The notes: generated by a model from the sequence alone, not told the origin. A stretch of DNA of 64,000 bases from Candidatus Bathyarchaeota archaeon (GCA_963827165.1 CAWGZR010000003.1:32001-96000), one strand, 5' to 3'; shown: positions 30,515 to 41,846, counted from the stretch's first letter. Made by a program: numbers and translations.

Positions 30515-31792
30515 CTAAGCATCTATTCTGCTGGGTTTTTCTTCTAGGATATTGTGTTTCTCAAGTATTCGAAGAACCTCTGCAACACTCCATGCTTGAG
30601 AAGTGGTTCCTCCTGGCGTGTAAGGTGGATCGCCAGAAAACACTTCTGGAAGGGACTTATAGGGGCTTTCCACACGAAACCTCACAAGGGGGCCAATGTT
30701 TCGGGTAATTTCATCGCGAATGGATGTAGTGCTTTCCCCTTGATATAGGCGAACACTTGCTAGAGCATCACAATAGGGTCCAATTAGCCATGGCCAAGCA
30801 GTGCCTTGATGGTATGCCAGATCTTTTTTATTCGCAGGTAGATAGGTATCATAAATTCCTCTGTATTGGGAATCTCTGGGCGAGAGTGTGCGTAATCCTC
30901 CGGGCGTAAGCAAATCCCTTTTTGCTGATTCGACTACCCCAGTCTGACGGTTCTGGGGAAGTAGGTCTCCCCCGTGACTCACAGCGAGAACCATGTTAGG
31001 TCGAATTGCTCCTCCATGGGGGTCTCCTTCAATAACATCTAGCAAAGCATTTTCAGACCAATTCCAAAATTTGCTATTGAAAGATTTTTTAATGTCGTCA
31101 GCGAGTGAATCATAATCTTTTGCTTTAAGTAAATTCTTTTCCTGCCTTTCTAACGTTGCCAAAAATCTCATGTTATCATACCAAAGGGCATTGATTTCGA
31201 CTGCCTTACCATTTCTTGGAGTCACGATTGTTTTGCCAGTGCCCGACGGGTCGGCATCCATCCATGTTGCTTGGGGTGGACTTACAATAAGCGCGTCATT
31301 TTCATCCATCTTGATAGTTTGTTTCTTTCCAAAACGTTCATAACTTGTGCCATGCTTGTACGCATCTATTATCCTTCTTAGAACAGGTAGCATTTCTGTC
31401 ACAAAGTTACAATCGCCCGTATATTTCCAGTACGACTTCATTGCTTGGATGAACCACAGTGGAGCACCCACACTATTGTATTCAATCGTATTCTTCTTTA
31501 TCCTATTTGGGATCAAACCGTTTTTCTCATATGTAGCAAAATCTCTTACAACTTGTTTCGCTTCATCAAATCTTTTAGTGACGAGAAGAATCCCCGTAAA
31601 TGAAATGAAAGTGTCTCTTCCCCATTCTTCAAGAAACCAGTCCCTGTTAGCCGCCCATATTTGTACGTCTCCACCTACATGTTTAACGAAAGAATCCGCA
31701 GCGTGCATAAAAGTTTCAAGAACGGGATATTTCTCCCAAAAAGAATCGTCATCTTCACCGTATACGAGTCTGGTGGGTTGATTTCCTACCAT
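30515..31792 (-). CDS. Amylo-alpha-1,6-glucosidase (glycogen debranching enzyme, C-terminal catalytic domain)
   Basis: WGRDTFIS, GLIPN, TWMDA, TPRNGKAVEINALW, GLRTLSP, YHQGTAWPWL, QAWSVAE. Confidence 0.88.
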   Translation of the reverse strand: MVGNQPTRLVYGEDDDSFWEKYPVLETFMHAADSFVKHVGGDVQIWAANRDWFLEEWGRDTFISFTGILLVTKRFDEAKQVVRDFATYEKNGLIPNRIKKNTIEYNSVGAPLWFIQAMKSYWKYTGDCNFVTEMLPVLRRIIDAYKHGTSYERFGKKQTIKMDENDALIVSPPQATWMDADPSGTGKTIVTPRNGKAVEINALWYDNMRFLATLERQEKNLLKAKDYDSLADDIKKSFNSKFWNWSENALLDVIEGDPHGGAIRPNMVLAVSHGGDLLPQNRQTGVVESAKRDLLTPGGLRTLSPRDSQYRGIYDTYLPANKKDLAYHQGTAWPWLIGPYCDALASVRLYQGESTTSIRDEITRNIGPLVRFRVESPYKSLPEVFSGDPPYTPGGTTSQAWSVAEVLRILEKHNILEEKPSRIDA

Positions 31793-31842
31793 GGAAAAAC
31801 CTCTTTTTCTCGGATAATTTTAGTCGAATGGCCTAAAACGCT

Positions 31843-32832
31843 TTATGTCGCCAATACTCTTGCAAGGTTTAGTAGGCTCAAATCAATTGGTTTCTCTGTC
31901 TTGCATGATTCCTCAAGCTCCATGCTCGTTATTTTGCCATTTTGCAACACAACCGCCCTGCTTTTTTGTCGTTCAGATATTAGTTCAACCGCTTTGTCCG
32001 CGAATAGGCTGGCCAGAAGCCTGCTTCTCGCCGACGGATTACCACCTCTCTGGGTATAGCCCAAAACGCTAAGCCTCACCTCTGCTTCAGTGGCTTTCTC
32101 GATTTCATTCGCAAGCTGACGATTGTCTCCGATTCCTTCCGCTGCAACAATTATGGCTGATCTTTTTCCTCTTTCTTTGCTTTCTTTGATAGTGTTGAAG
32201 ATTTTTTCATTTTCGTATTTTACCTCTGGAACCAGAATCATTTCGGCTCCAACGGTGACCCCCACATTTAGTGCAAGGAACCCTCTTGTTCGCCCCATGA
32301 CTTCAACTATGAAGATTCTTTCAAGGGAGACTGCTGTATCTCGAATCTTGTCGATTGCGTTTACTGCCGTATTTACTGCGGTGTCGAATCCTATAGTTTC
32401 GTCCGTTCCGAAAACGTCGTTATCGATTGACGCTGGAACCCCCACGATTGACGTGCCGGTTTCTTTGCTTAGTTCTAGAGCCCCTTGGAGAGAGCCGTTA
32501 CCGCCAATAACAACAAGGCCATCGACATTGTTTAATGCAAGAGTCTGGGCAGCTTTCTTGATTGCTTCATCTTTTTTGAACTCTAGGCATCTTGACGTAT
32601 GAAGGATTGTTCCTCCCAGATGTAATATTCCGCCAACGGAGCGTGGAGCCAATCGTCTAAACGAGTTTGTTAGTAAGCCTTCCCAGCCCCTTTCGAACCC
32701 TATAACCTCCATGTTTTTTGAGTTAGCAATGCGAACAACGCCTCGAATAGCTGCGTTCATGCCTGGCGCATCTCCGCCACTTGTAACAACGCCTATAATC
32801 TTCATTTTCATTCCTTCATATCGACAAAACAC
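31843..32832 (-). CDS. pfkA: ATP-dependent 6-phosphofructokinase (PfkA family)
   Basis: TSGGDAPGMN, GGNGS, SIDND, EVMGR, LGYTQRGG; likely start near 32811. Confidence 0.93.
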   Translation of the reverse strand: MFCRYEGMKMKIIGVVTSGGDAPGMNAAIRGVVRIANSKNMEVIGFERGWEGLLTNSFRRLAPRSVGGILHLGGTILHTSRCLEFKKDEAIKKAAQTLALNNVDGLVVIGGNGSLQGALELSKETGTSIVGVPASIDNDVFGTDETIGFDTAVNTAVNAIDKIRDTAVSLERIFIVEVMGRTRGFLALNVGVTVGAEMILVPEVKYENEKIFNTIKESKERGKRSAIIVAAEGIGDNRQLANEIEKATEAEVRLSVLGYTQRGGNPSARSRLLASLFADKAVELISERQKSRAVVLQNGKITSMELEESCKTEKPIDLSLLNLARVLAT

Positions 32833-32843
32833 ATAGTAATGTT

Positions 32844-33659
<816 letters not shown>

Positions 33660-34922
33660 TCAAGTCGTTTTCTTGCTGGCATAGCTGTCATAGATGGCGA
33701 GAGTTTGCTCGGCAACAATTCTCCAAGTGAAATGCTTCAAGACTACTTTTCGCCCATTAATACCCCACTGCTTGGCTCTAGACGGGTCTTTGAGCACCTC
33801 TTTGATGCCCCACGCAATGTCAACTGGGCTCCCACCATCCACGTGAACACCGTTTTGCTCCGGACCCGCTGGAATGACTTGCTCACGAAAACCAACCACG
33901 CCCTTAGCGCCGACCACCACAGGTTTTTCCATAGACATAGCTTCCAAGCTCACAATGCCAAACGGCTCATAGACAGAAGGGAAAACGCACAAATCAGAAG
34001 CAGCATAATGCAAAATCCTCTCTTCCTCAGACACAAATTCAGGACGGTATACTACGTTCTTACTAATGCCAAGTCGATCCGCAAGTTCAGTTATATCCTG
34101 CTGTTCCTCGCCCTTTCCAAGTATCACCAGCTTCGCCTTTGGATATTCAGCCAAGACCAAAGGCATCCCCTGAACAAGATTCCTAACACCCTTCACCCAC
34201 GTCAAACGACCTAGAAAAAGTATCATAGTTTCATCTTTGGCTATTCCATATCTCTGCCTGAGCTTCTGCACATCTTCTGACTTGGCTTTTTGAGGATCGT
34301 ATTTTTCTGGATCAACGCCGTTCCAAACCACATGAATTTTTGACTCTGGCCACCCATGCTTAGCTAAATCTTCCTTCATCACGTGACTTACAGTGATGAT
34401 GCCGTCTGCTTTTTCAGCCATCATAGACTCCAGATGATTCACAGTTGCTGAGCCTTCTCCACCGCTTCTTCCCCACTCTGTGGAGTGCACATGAAATATT
34501 ACAGGTATTTTCAACTCGTTCTTGCAGATTATTCCTGCTATGCTGCTCAACCAGTCGTTAATTGAAACTACGGCGTAGTCGCAGTTCTCCTTCTTTATGA
34601 CGTCGTTTATCATTTTTGCGGCTGACAACATATTGTAAGCGAATATGTCGGTGAAGAATTTTATGTTTGTACCCCATCTTTTAAGGTCGTTTGCCACAAA
34701 CAACGGAAATACATTGCTAGCTTCCACAAGGAGTGGCCTATGAATTTCCACCCCGCCCAAGATTTCGCTTGTTTTCAGGTTTCCAGGGTTAAGCGTGTAA
34801 ACGCTGACATCCCGTCCCAAAGCCACAAACTCCTTCGTTATATACTCAGCATAGGTTCCCAATCCACCAACAATCGCAGGCGGATACTCCATCACAAAAA
34901 ACGCAATTCTCAAACAGTTCAC
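33660..34922 (-). CDS. GT4 glycosyltransferase, probable glycogen synthase
   Basis: EYPP..VGGLG, NDWL, HSTEWGR, PSVYEPFGIVSLEAM; glycogen gene context. Confidence 0.8.
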   Translation of the reverse strand: MNCLRIAFFVMEYPPAIVGGLGTYAEYITKEFVALGRDVSVYTLNPGNLKTSEILGGVEIHRPLLVEASNVFPLFVANDLKRWGTNIKFFTDIFAYNMLSAAKMINDVIKKENCDYAVVSINDWLSSIAGIICKNELKIPVIFHVHSTEWGRSGGEGSATVNHLESMMAEKADGIITVSHVMKEDLAKHGWPESKIHVVWNGVDPEKYDPQKAKSEDVQKLRQRYGIAKDETMILFLGRLTWVKGVRNLVQGMPLVLAEYPKAKLVILGKGEEQQDITELADRLGISKNVVYRPEFVSEEERILHYAASDLCVFPSVYEPFGIVSLEAMSMEKPVVVGAKGVVGFREQVIPAGPEQNGVHVDGGSPVDIAWGIKEVLKDPSRAKQWGINGRKVVLKHFTWRIVAEQTLAIYDSYASKKTT

Positions 34923-35003
34923 CTTATGATTCCATAATTATTTTCACTTTCGTTACGCCGCAAGTTGACAAATTCCAATAATTGTCCGCCATTCTGCCAA
35001 TAA

Positions 35004-36023
35004 CTATGTCGCGTTGGGTTGAACAACATTTTGTGGTTTCCCAGAAACGAAAGCAGCTATGTTTTCTACTGTTGTTTCAAGTATTCTTTCTAGGGCTTCT
35101 TTGCTGTAGAAAGCTATGTGAGGAGTAAAAACAACATTGTCTTTGCTCAGCAGAATGTGATCCTTAACCAAGCTGGCCAAGACTTCGAGATTCTTAGGCT
35201 CGTATAACAGCTGCTTTTCCTCCTTTATAACTTCCTCGCCCTCAAAGACATCAAGACCCGCACCAGCCAGTATTTTGTTGTCAAGAGCCTCGATTAATGC
35301 TTCAGTATCCACAATACTTCCTCTTGCAGTGTTTATTAGAATAGCACCTTTCTTAACAAGCTTAAACGTATCTTTGTTCATAAGATGATGCGTGGCTTTC
35401 ATGTACGGCACATGCAGCGTAATTACATCTGAGCCAGCTAAAAGGTTCTCCAGCGAAACATATTCAAAACCCAAGACCTCAGATAGAAGTTTGTTTTGAC
35501 GGACATCATATGCTACAACGTTCATGCCGAAGCCTTTTGCAATCCTGATGACATGCAAACCGATTTGACCAGTTCCGATGACACCTATAGTTTTTCCTTT
35601 CAAGTCGAACCCCTCTAACCCCTCTATTGAGAAATCTTGTTCAAAACGTCTAATGCATGCCTTGCACATGTTTCTCGACAAAGACAGAATCAAAGCAAAC
35701 GTGTGCTCAGCAACAGTATTCTCCCCGTAAGATGGAACATTGCAAATTGTAATTCCCTGTTTCTTGCATGCTTCTAAATCGATGTGGTCGAAGCCGGTGG
35801 ATCTTGTTGTTACTAGTTTCAAATTTGGAATTTCCCGAATGATTTGCTCATCTATTTTAGAATAGATGAACACTGAAAGGGCATCAAAATCTTTTATTTG
35901 AGCGGCATTTTCCAAACTTAGCTTTTCATTTGAAAATTTCAGTTGGTGACCGTTCAGCTTCTTTTTGAGGTATTCTTCTTCCCATTCTTCGACTTCGAAA
36001 AACGCTATTTTCATCTTTTCCAC
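35004..36023 (-). CDS. D-2-hydroxyacid dehydrogenase, probable D-lactate dehydrogenase
   Basis: RSTGFDHID, NVPSYG..VAEH, GTGQIG, INTARG, LDVFEGE, TPHIAF. Confidence 0.85.
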   Translation of the reverse strand: MEKMKIAFFEVEEWEEEYLKKKLNGHQLKFSNEKLSLENAAQIKDFDALSVFIYSKIDEQIIREIPNLKLVTTRSTGFDHIDLEACKKQGITICNVPSYGENTVAEHTFALILSLSRNMCKACIRRFEQDFSIEGLEGFDLKGKTIGVIGTGQIGLHVIRIAKGFGMNVVAYDVRQNKLLSEVLGFEYVSLENLLAGSDVITLHVPYMKATHHLMNKDTFKLVKKGAILINTARGSIVDTEALIEALDNKILAGAGLDVFEGEEVIKEEKQLLYEPKNLEVLASLVKDHILLSKDNVVFTPHIAFYSKEALERILETTVENIAAFVSGKPQNVVQPNAT

Positions 36024-36124
36024 TTACCTAACATAATATATTGTGTTGAAGATATTCAATATTGGCTTTTTCAGAGGGAGAGAGCAGAGTGCACATTATT
36101 ATATTATCAGGCTTGGAGAAATGC

Positions 36125-36592
36125 TTACGGGTGTTGTAATTCGGCAATGCGGTTTTGAACAGTTTGGGAAAGCTCTTTCCTCAAGTCCTCTTCTTGAGGA
36201 CTGGCTTTAATCTGGTCAATTCTTTTTCCTAGTTCTTCATCGCCAATTGTGTTTTTGAACCATTTTTGAAAATCTTGACGCTGAAAATGAAACATGACAG
36301 ACTGAACGGGTACTGTTTGGAGTTTTTCAGCGAACTCAACCATGCTACATGCGGTTATTCCATTGTATTTTCCGAGTTCTGTGTAAAAATGAAAGCCGCT
36401 TTCAAAGGGAACAGTGTTCAGTAGGTTTAGGTTTTTAGGTTTTTCTATAGGCTGTTTTTTGGTTATTGCTATCTTGGACAAAATATGGACACGACCTGAA
36501 ATAAAGGGAGAATAGGGGTAGACCCTTATAACTTCTTGTGATTGTGAAGGCGCAGCTACATTTTCAAAGTGAGTCAAGGAGGAGATAGTCAT
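36125..36592 (-). CDS. Stand-alone DUF5752-like domain protein
   Basis: LLNTVP...GFHFY..LG...G.TA.S..EF...L..V...SV.FH..R.DF..W....IGD.EL; start uncertain. Confidence 0.7.
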   Translation of the reverse strand: MTISSLTHFENVAAPSQSQEVIRVYPYSPFISGRVHILSKIAITKKQPIEKPKNLNLLNTVPFESGFHFYTELGKYNGITACSMVEFAEKLQTVPVQSVMFHFQRQDFQKWFKNTIGDEELGKRIDQIKASPQEEDLRKELSQTVQNRIAELQHP

Positions 36593-36775
36593 GTTTCTTA
36601 AAGTATTTGAGTTCGCGCCAAGTGCACTTTATTTGAAATATGTCTAAATTGATTAAATCAAAGCAGAGAAGACTCGTGTTATTTCAAGAAGCTATCGCTG
36701 TCTTTTCTGAAAACAGCCATAACCAAATTTTCAGGCTTAAGTCTTAATTGCTCTCCGTTAACTTTAACTTGGAAT

Positions 36776-38203
36776 GTGTGTTGTTCTAGGATGCGTGGCG
36801 ATGTTTTGTTGAAGAAAACAAAGATTATATGCACTTTGGGTCCCGCTAGTTTTTCAAAGCAAGTGATTGAAAAAATGTTTCAAGCGGGCATGAACGGTGC
36901 AAGGATAAATACTGCTTATGGAAATCTCGCTCAATACCAGTCGGTTATAGAGACAGTGCGGGAAGTTGCGGATATCCCCGTAATAATTGATATCAAAGGA
37001 CCAGAAATTAGAATCAGGGCATCTCAACAAAAGGTCTTCAGCAAAGGAGATATTTTGGAAGTTGGCTTCAACGGGGAAGAAGTCAGTTTCAATCACGATT
37101 TCTATGACGAAATGAGAGTTGATGACGAAGTATACATCGATAATGGAAAAATTAGAACACGCGTAGTTGAATTGAAAGATCGCAAACTTCGGCTTCTCAC
37201 CTTGGACGGCGGCGTCATAGAAGATGGAAAAGGCGTTAACATTCCCAACAAGCATCTTTCAGTTCCCACTTTCCCCGAAAAAGACTTGGAGATTATAAGT
37301 TTTGCAAAAAAACAAGACGTGGAATACGTTGCGCTTTCATTCACAAGGAATGCCGAAGACGTGAAAAACTTGTCCCAGACCAATGGTTTTGGAGGCGGAA
37401 TAATCGCCAAGATTGAGAACTCTGAGGGCGTTCAAAACGTCAAAGAAATTTTAGACGCCGCTAGTGGATTAATGGTTGCAAGAGGCGATTTGGCAGTTGA
37501 AATCGAACCTGAAAAAGTACCTTTGGTTCAGAAATCCCTAATCAAACTGTGCAATCAGAAGGGTAAGCTTGTTGTAACTGCAACCGAGATGCTTGAATCG
37601 ATGATTAATGAACCCAGTCCAACCAGAGCTGAAGTCAGTGACGTTGCAAACGCAATACTAGATGGGTCAGACGCCATTATGCTTTCTGGAGAAACAGCTA
37701 TGGGTCAGTATCCTGTGGATGCCGTTGAGATGATGACTCGTATAGCGAACGAAACCGAGAAGGCCGTCAAAAGCAATGTTGAGGATACAACGTTTATCAA
37801 CATTTCTGATACGGTAAGCAGGGCAATCCAGAGAATATGTCAAAGTATGCCGATTCACACAGTTGTACCTTTGACGCACTCAGGCTATACAGCCCGAATG
37901 ATAGCTCGCTTCAAGATTGCACAGCCGATAATTGCTGTCACTCGTGATATTAAAGTTAAAAAACAACTGGAACTCATATTCGGCGTTTATCCAGTGTTGA
38001 TAAATTACCGTGAAGAAAAAGATAGATTATTGACGGTTGCAAACCAACTTCATAAAATGCATCTGGTTGATGATGAAGATATAGTCTTGTTCACTGAGGG
38101 TGTAAGAACTACTATGGAGCACGCCAGCAACTCAATAGAGATACATAAAATAAAAGAATTAAGAGAATTTGCGGCGTCCTCAGAGCTGACAACGTTTTGG
38201 TGA
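36776..38203 (+). CDS. pyk: Pyruvate kinase
   Basis: KTKIICTLGPA, DIKGPEIR, AKIE, MVARGDL, PTRAEVSD, MLSGETA; the start is probably a few codons downstream. Confidence 0.96.
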   Translation: MCCSRMRGDVLLKKTKIICTLGPASFSKQVIEKMFQAGMNGARINTAYGNLAQYQSVIETVREVADIPVIIDIKGPEIRIRASQQKVFSKGDILEVGFNGEEVSFNHDFYDEMRVDDEVYIDNGKIRTRVVELKDRKLRLLTLDGGVIEDGKGVNIPNKHLSVPTFPEKDLEIISFAKKQDVEYVALSFTRNAEDVKNLSQTNGFGGGIIAKIENSEGVQNVKEILDAASGLMVARGDLAVEIEPEKVPLVQKSLIKLCNQKGKLVVTATEMLESMINEPSPTRAEVSDVANAILDGSDAIMLSGETAMGQYPVDAVEMMTRIANETEKAVKSNVEDTTFINISDTVSRAIQRICQSMPIHTVVPLTHSGYTARMIARFKIAQPIIAVTRDIKVKKQLELIFGVYPVLINYREEKDRLLTVANQLHKMHLVDDEDIVLFTEGVRTTMEHASNSIEIHKIKELREFAASSELTTFW

Positions 38204-38212
38204 AAATAGTTT

Positions 38213-38902
38213 ATGATCTGCAATCTGTTTGTCTTTAGACACGCTGAGACTACCGATAACTGCAACCAAATATTCTCCGGCTGGCGTGACCCTGACTTAA
38301 CTTCAAAGGGACTTTTGCAGGCGCAAGAAGTTGCTCAACAGTTGGAACAAGAAAGAATTGACTACGCGTTTACCTCACATCTTTTGCGAGCTAAAAGAAC
38401 CCTTGAAATTGTCCTAAAACCGCACCTCAACGTTCCAGTTTTCGTGGACGACCGCCTGATTGAACGTTGTTATGGTACGTTGCAGGGCAAAAGCAAGGTC
38501 GAGATTGCAGCTGAAAAACCTGAGTGGTTTGCCAAAGTTCACCGGGGTTTCGATTTTGCGCCTCCTGAAGGTGAAAGCCTCAAGATGGTGGAAAGCCGGA
38601 CTTTGCCCTTTATTGTGCAGCTTGAAAAGTGGCTTCAACAGCATCCGGGCAATGTGGCTATCTCGTGTCATGGCAATTCAATGCGGCCGATTAGAAGGGT
38701 CTTTGAACACTTAAGCCTTAAGCAGATGCTTCAGCTTGAGAACCCACAGGACCAAGCGATGGAATACGCTCTTCACATACACCGCGTCAATGTTAACGAA
38801 GTTGAAGAGGGCAAACCCGAAAAGGATTGGCAAAGCGTTGTGGTCCCATCTTCTGTAAAGTTAGCTACGGACCCACGAAACCCATTAATGCAATACTATT
38901 AA
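38213..38902 (+). CDS. gpmA: 2,3-BPG-dependent phosphoglycerate mutase (histidine phosphatase family)
   Basis: FRHAET, FSGW.D, LIERCYGTLQG..K, PPEGESL, HGNSMR. Confidence 0.8.
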   Translation: MICNLFVFRHAETTDNCNQIFSGWRDPDLTSKGLLQAQEVAQQLEQERIDYAFTSHLLRAKRTLEIVLKPHLNVPVFVDDRLIERCYGTLQGKSKVEIAAEKPEWFAKVHRGFDFAPPEGESLKMVESRTLPFIVQLEKWLQQHPGNVAISCHGNSMRPIRRVFEHLSLKQMLQLENPQDQAMEYALHIHRVNVNEVEEGKPEKDWQSVVVPSSVKLATDPRNPLMQYY

Positions 38903-39423
38903 GTCCAAAAAGATTCTGTCGCGCTCGCAGTACCTAGATCCGCCTTAGGCTTGGCGATACATAGATCCAGAAAAACATTCAGGAGGCTCTTTCATAAAGT
39001 CAGAGCCAAAATAGATAATGCTTTTAAAGCAAACAGCGTTTATTCCAAAGTAAAAGAGGCAACGTGGTGCGAAAATTAAACGCAATCATAGTGGCCGTTG
39101 GTGCAATAGCGCTTGCTTTTGCCTGGCTAAACAACGTCTCTGTCCAGACCGAGCTTGTTCCAACAATAGTCAACGGCGAAGTCATCGCCACTTCCATCGC
39201 AATAATATTAACCGGCATATTCTTCACAATAGGCTGCTCTAACAGACTGGTGGAGCTTCAAAAAAAGAAAGACCACCCGGACTTTATTCTTGCTTTTCTA
39301 GGATTAGCTTCATTTTTTGTTGTAAGCACTTTCCTATGTATGATGGTTAACAATTTCAGCATTGCCCTAAGGCTGAGCTTCACAGGCTTGGTACTCGCCA
39401 CCGGAACTTTCATGAGCCTAGTA

Positions 39424-40503
39424 GACCTTAGGCGTTATTATTTTCCGAGTTTTTCTGTCGATTCCCTCGCTTCTGCCCAGCTCTCCTAAACAATCAATGC
39501 CTTAGATATCCTAAAATTCACCAAACCGCACACAACATCAGTCATAACATCATAGTGTTTAAGGCGATTCCTAAACTCGCCACCCCAAATCAGAAACTTC
39601 TTCAACCTAGAATTCACATGCTCCACCACAACACGCTCCCCATTAAACACCCTATTGAAAGCTTTCTGCTCAACCGAAAGGTCACTTCCTTTAACACCAC
39701 GCTTACCTGACCCCTTCCGCTTACATGGCACCACAAAATTCAGCCATGGACAAGCCTTCTTCACGCCCTCATAACCAAGGTCACCCCCCATTCGAATCAG
39801 CCAAGGCAAAGACGGGTGACTATGCATAAAAAGTGGGTAATCCTGCATGCTTCCCCTAACATGCCTGCTCTTATGAACAATCAAGCCGTCCGCGTTAACA
39901 GCTAACTGCGTCTTAACGGTGTGCCGCTTCTTTTTGCCGCTGTAATGGGTTTTGCGTCTGCGCCTATTTTTTGGCCTTGGAATCTCCTGTTCAGTTGAAT
40001 CCAAGAAAGCCCTAAAACCCGGAAACATCACTTCGATTTCATCGATAGTTTCTAGCCGCTTGACCTTGGTATGCATCTTTCTAGGCAAGGGTAGAACTTC
40101 ACATACGAGGGGTTCGAGTTTTCTGATGTCTTTTAGTATGTTGGATTGTGTGAGGTTGAAGAGGTAAGCCATAAGGTTGGATGAGAGGTAGAGGTGGTAG
40201 TAGACTAGTAGCATTAGCAGTCGGTCTGTTAGTGTGAGGTTGAAGGGGTGGCCTGCGCCTGCTGCTCTTTTTCTATCTGTTCTAGCGAGTCTTTTTTGCT
40301 CGAAAGCTTGGTAGCTGGCTGTTATCTGCGAGTTCAGGGTGTCGAATTCTGATACTTCTAAGCCTGAGAAATTCTTAAAATGTGAGGGGCTTTTTGATAA
40401 CACGCTGTAATTTAGCATGAAATCATCCTGAGAGCCAAGTATTGAGCTTATATGCTAATAAAACCTTTGTTTCAGCCCTAAAACGTCAATTACGACTAAG
40501 GTC
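39424..40503 (-). mobile_element. IS5-family (ISL2-like) insertion sequence
   Basis: Imperfect TIRs GACCTTAGGCGTTATT and AATTACGACTAAGGTC; TA duplication at 39422-39423 and 40504-40505. Confidence 0.82.
39486..40418 (-). CDS. IS5-family DDE transposase with N-terminal HTH
   Basis: LDSTEQEIPRP, YSGKKKRHTVK, GDLGYEG, RVVVEHVNSRLK. Confidence 0.9.
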   Translation of the reverse strand: MLNYSVLSKSPSHFKNFSGLEVSEFDTLNSQITASYQAFEQKRLARTDRKRAAGAGHPFNLTLTDRLLMLLVYYHLYLSSNLMAYLFNLTQSNILKDIRKLEPLVCEVLPLPRKMHTKVKRLETIDEIEVMFPGFRAFLDSTEQEIPRPKNRRRRKTHYSGKKKRHTVKTQLAVNADGLIVHKSRHVRGSMQDYPLFMHSHPSLPWLIRMGGDLGYEGVKKACPWLNFVVPCKRKGSGKRGVKGSDLSVEQKAFNRVFNGERVVVEHVNSRLKKFLIWGGEFRNRLKHYDVMTDVVCGLVNFRISKALIV

Positions 40504-40710
40504 TAATAGCATTGCTCATTCAACAGTTAACTCTACTAAACTCAAACTCTGGGCAACTACAGGGTAATCTGAGTTTTAGACGGGTCGAAAGGCAATTCTC
40601 AAACAGGATCTTTAACAGTAGACATAAGAATAAACGCCTCACTCTGAAGGAGTACCATTTCCGTCGATAAATTAAGGTTCCGTTTAGCCAAAAAAACTCT
40701 TTAGCACGAT

Positions 40711-41016
40711 TTATTGTTTTAGTTCAGATGAGTAAACTGTGTGATGTGTTACCTCTGGTGGACCCATGACGAAAGGTTCAAGTTCTTGAACGGCTTTTTT
40801 GAAAACGTCCTCAGCGAAAATCTTTTCCGATTCTTCGTTATTCCAGAGGGTTATTATGATGCCTAAATTCGCATCGTCGCGCGAAAGTAGGATAAGACTT
40901 TCTCTGAAACCTTCCGTTCTACGCACAAGTTCCGCGACTGAATTTGCTAACACATCCAAACCTCTTTTTCTTTGGTCAGGTTTGAACTTCCAAGAGGCCA
41001 CTCTTGCAAAAACCAT
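40711..41016 (-). CDS. Antibiotic biosynthesis monooxygenase (ABM)-like dimeric alpha-beta barrel protein
   Basis: FARV...FKP, EGFR..L.L, IITLW, PPEV pattern. Confidence 0.65.
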   Translation of the reverse strand: MVFARVASWKFKPDQRKRGLDVLANSVAELVRRTEGFRESLILLSRDDANLGIIITLWNNEESEKIFAEDVFKKAVQELEPFVMGPPEVTHHTVYSSELKQ

Positions 41017-41156
41017 ACTTTTAACCTCTTTGAAACTGCTCAGCATAGAATATTATTTTTCGTTAAGATTAACTTATTGCACATTACTTATTTTCTGAAA
41101 AATTAGGCGTTTCTGAATTCAACTATAAAAGACTTAGAAATGCACTAAGATACTGA

Positions 41157-41456
41157 TTATTGTTTTATATTTTTGTTTCTGGAGGACAATGAGTTCAATC
41201 TATTTTTGAAAGATGCAGCAGATTGGTTATCGGCAAGTACGTAGACGAAGTCTCCTTTTTGGAGCTCAAAGTCCGCGGTCAAGTTATGAATAGTTTCATT
41301 ATTTCGGTAAACTAATAATATTGGGTCGCCTTTATCGAGGTCTCCGTATTTTATGCCTTCAGAATTTATTTCGTATTTTGCAATGGTCCTTAGTACTGTC
41401 TTGTGCGTTTGCTCTTGGTTTTTGAAGATCGCTTCTTCAATTGTGGGGTTACTCAA
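41157..41456 (-). CDS. Small TrkA-C (RCK_C)-like domain protein
   Basis: ILLVYRNNETI....DFELQKGDFVYVL. Confidence 0.55.
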   Translation of the reverse strand: MSNPTIEEAIFKNQEQTHKTVLRTIAKYEINSEGIKYGDLDKGDPILLVYRNNETIHNLTADFELQKGDFVYVLADNQSAASFKNRLNSLSSRNKNIKQ

Positions 41457-41501
41457 ACTTTTTTAATGTCAAAATAGCTTACCCTTATCGAGGGAACACT
41501 T

Positions 41502-41846
41502 TTGCTTTTTGGGCAGAAAAATAAATCTCAAATGGAACTCAAAGTCGATTTAGGCGATTTGCAAAGCGAAAAAGAAAACCTAACCAGCTTTCTTCAATTA
41601 CACCTCAAAGTGCCCATTTCCCAAGTTGAGGACAAGGTAACGGTGAATTCGGAAAAGGTTTCTGTGAGAGAACTGGAGCATGTAGTGAACAAGTTTGTTT
41701 ACCATCGAGACCTAAACCTCACTCACTGGGTCTCCGTTGAAGATGCTACAACCGTAAAAATTAACAGGTTTAAGGTCACCGAGAAAAAGAAGAAAGAAAA
41801 GAAAGAGCCGCCGCACCAAACCGCTGCACAAAGCTGGGGGCTTTAA
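41502..41846 (+). CDS. Ribosomal protein eL22-like protein
   Basis: LKVDL..L......L.SFL...L, then LEHVVNKFVYHRDL...WV....TVKI..F, resembling eL22 LK.L.KK.L....L....RV......YEL..F. Confidence 0.45.
   Translation: MLFGQKNKSQMELKVDLGDLQSEKENLTSFLQLHLKVPISQVEDKVTVNSEKVSVRELEHVVNKFVYHRDLNLTHWVSVEDATTVKINRFKVTEKKKKEKKEPPHQTAAQSWGL

Larger units (their letters stand above)
39064..40670 (+). pseudogene. Small membrane protein gene interrupted by an IS5-family element
   Basis: Removing 39424-40505 joins ...GTFMSLV to IALLIQQLTLL... in frame, with a stop at 40668-40670. Confidence 0.7.
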
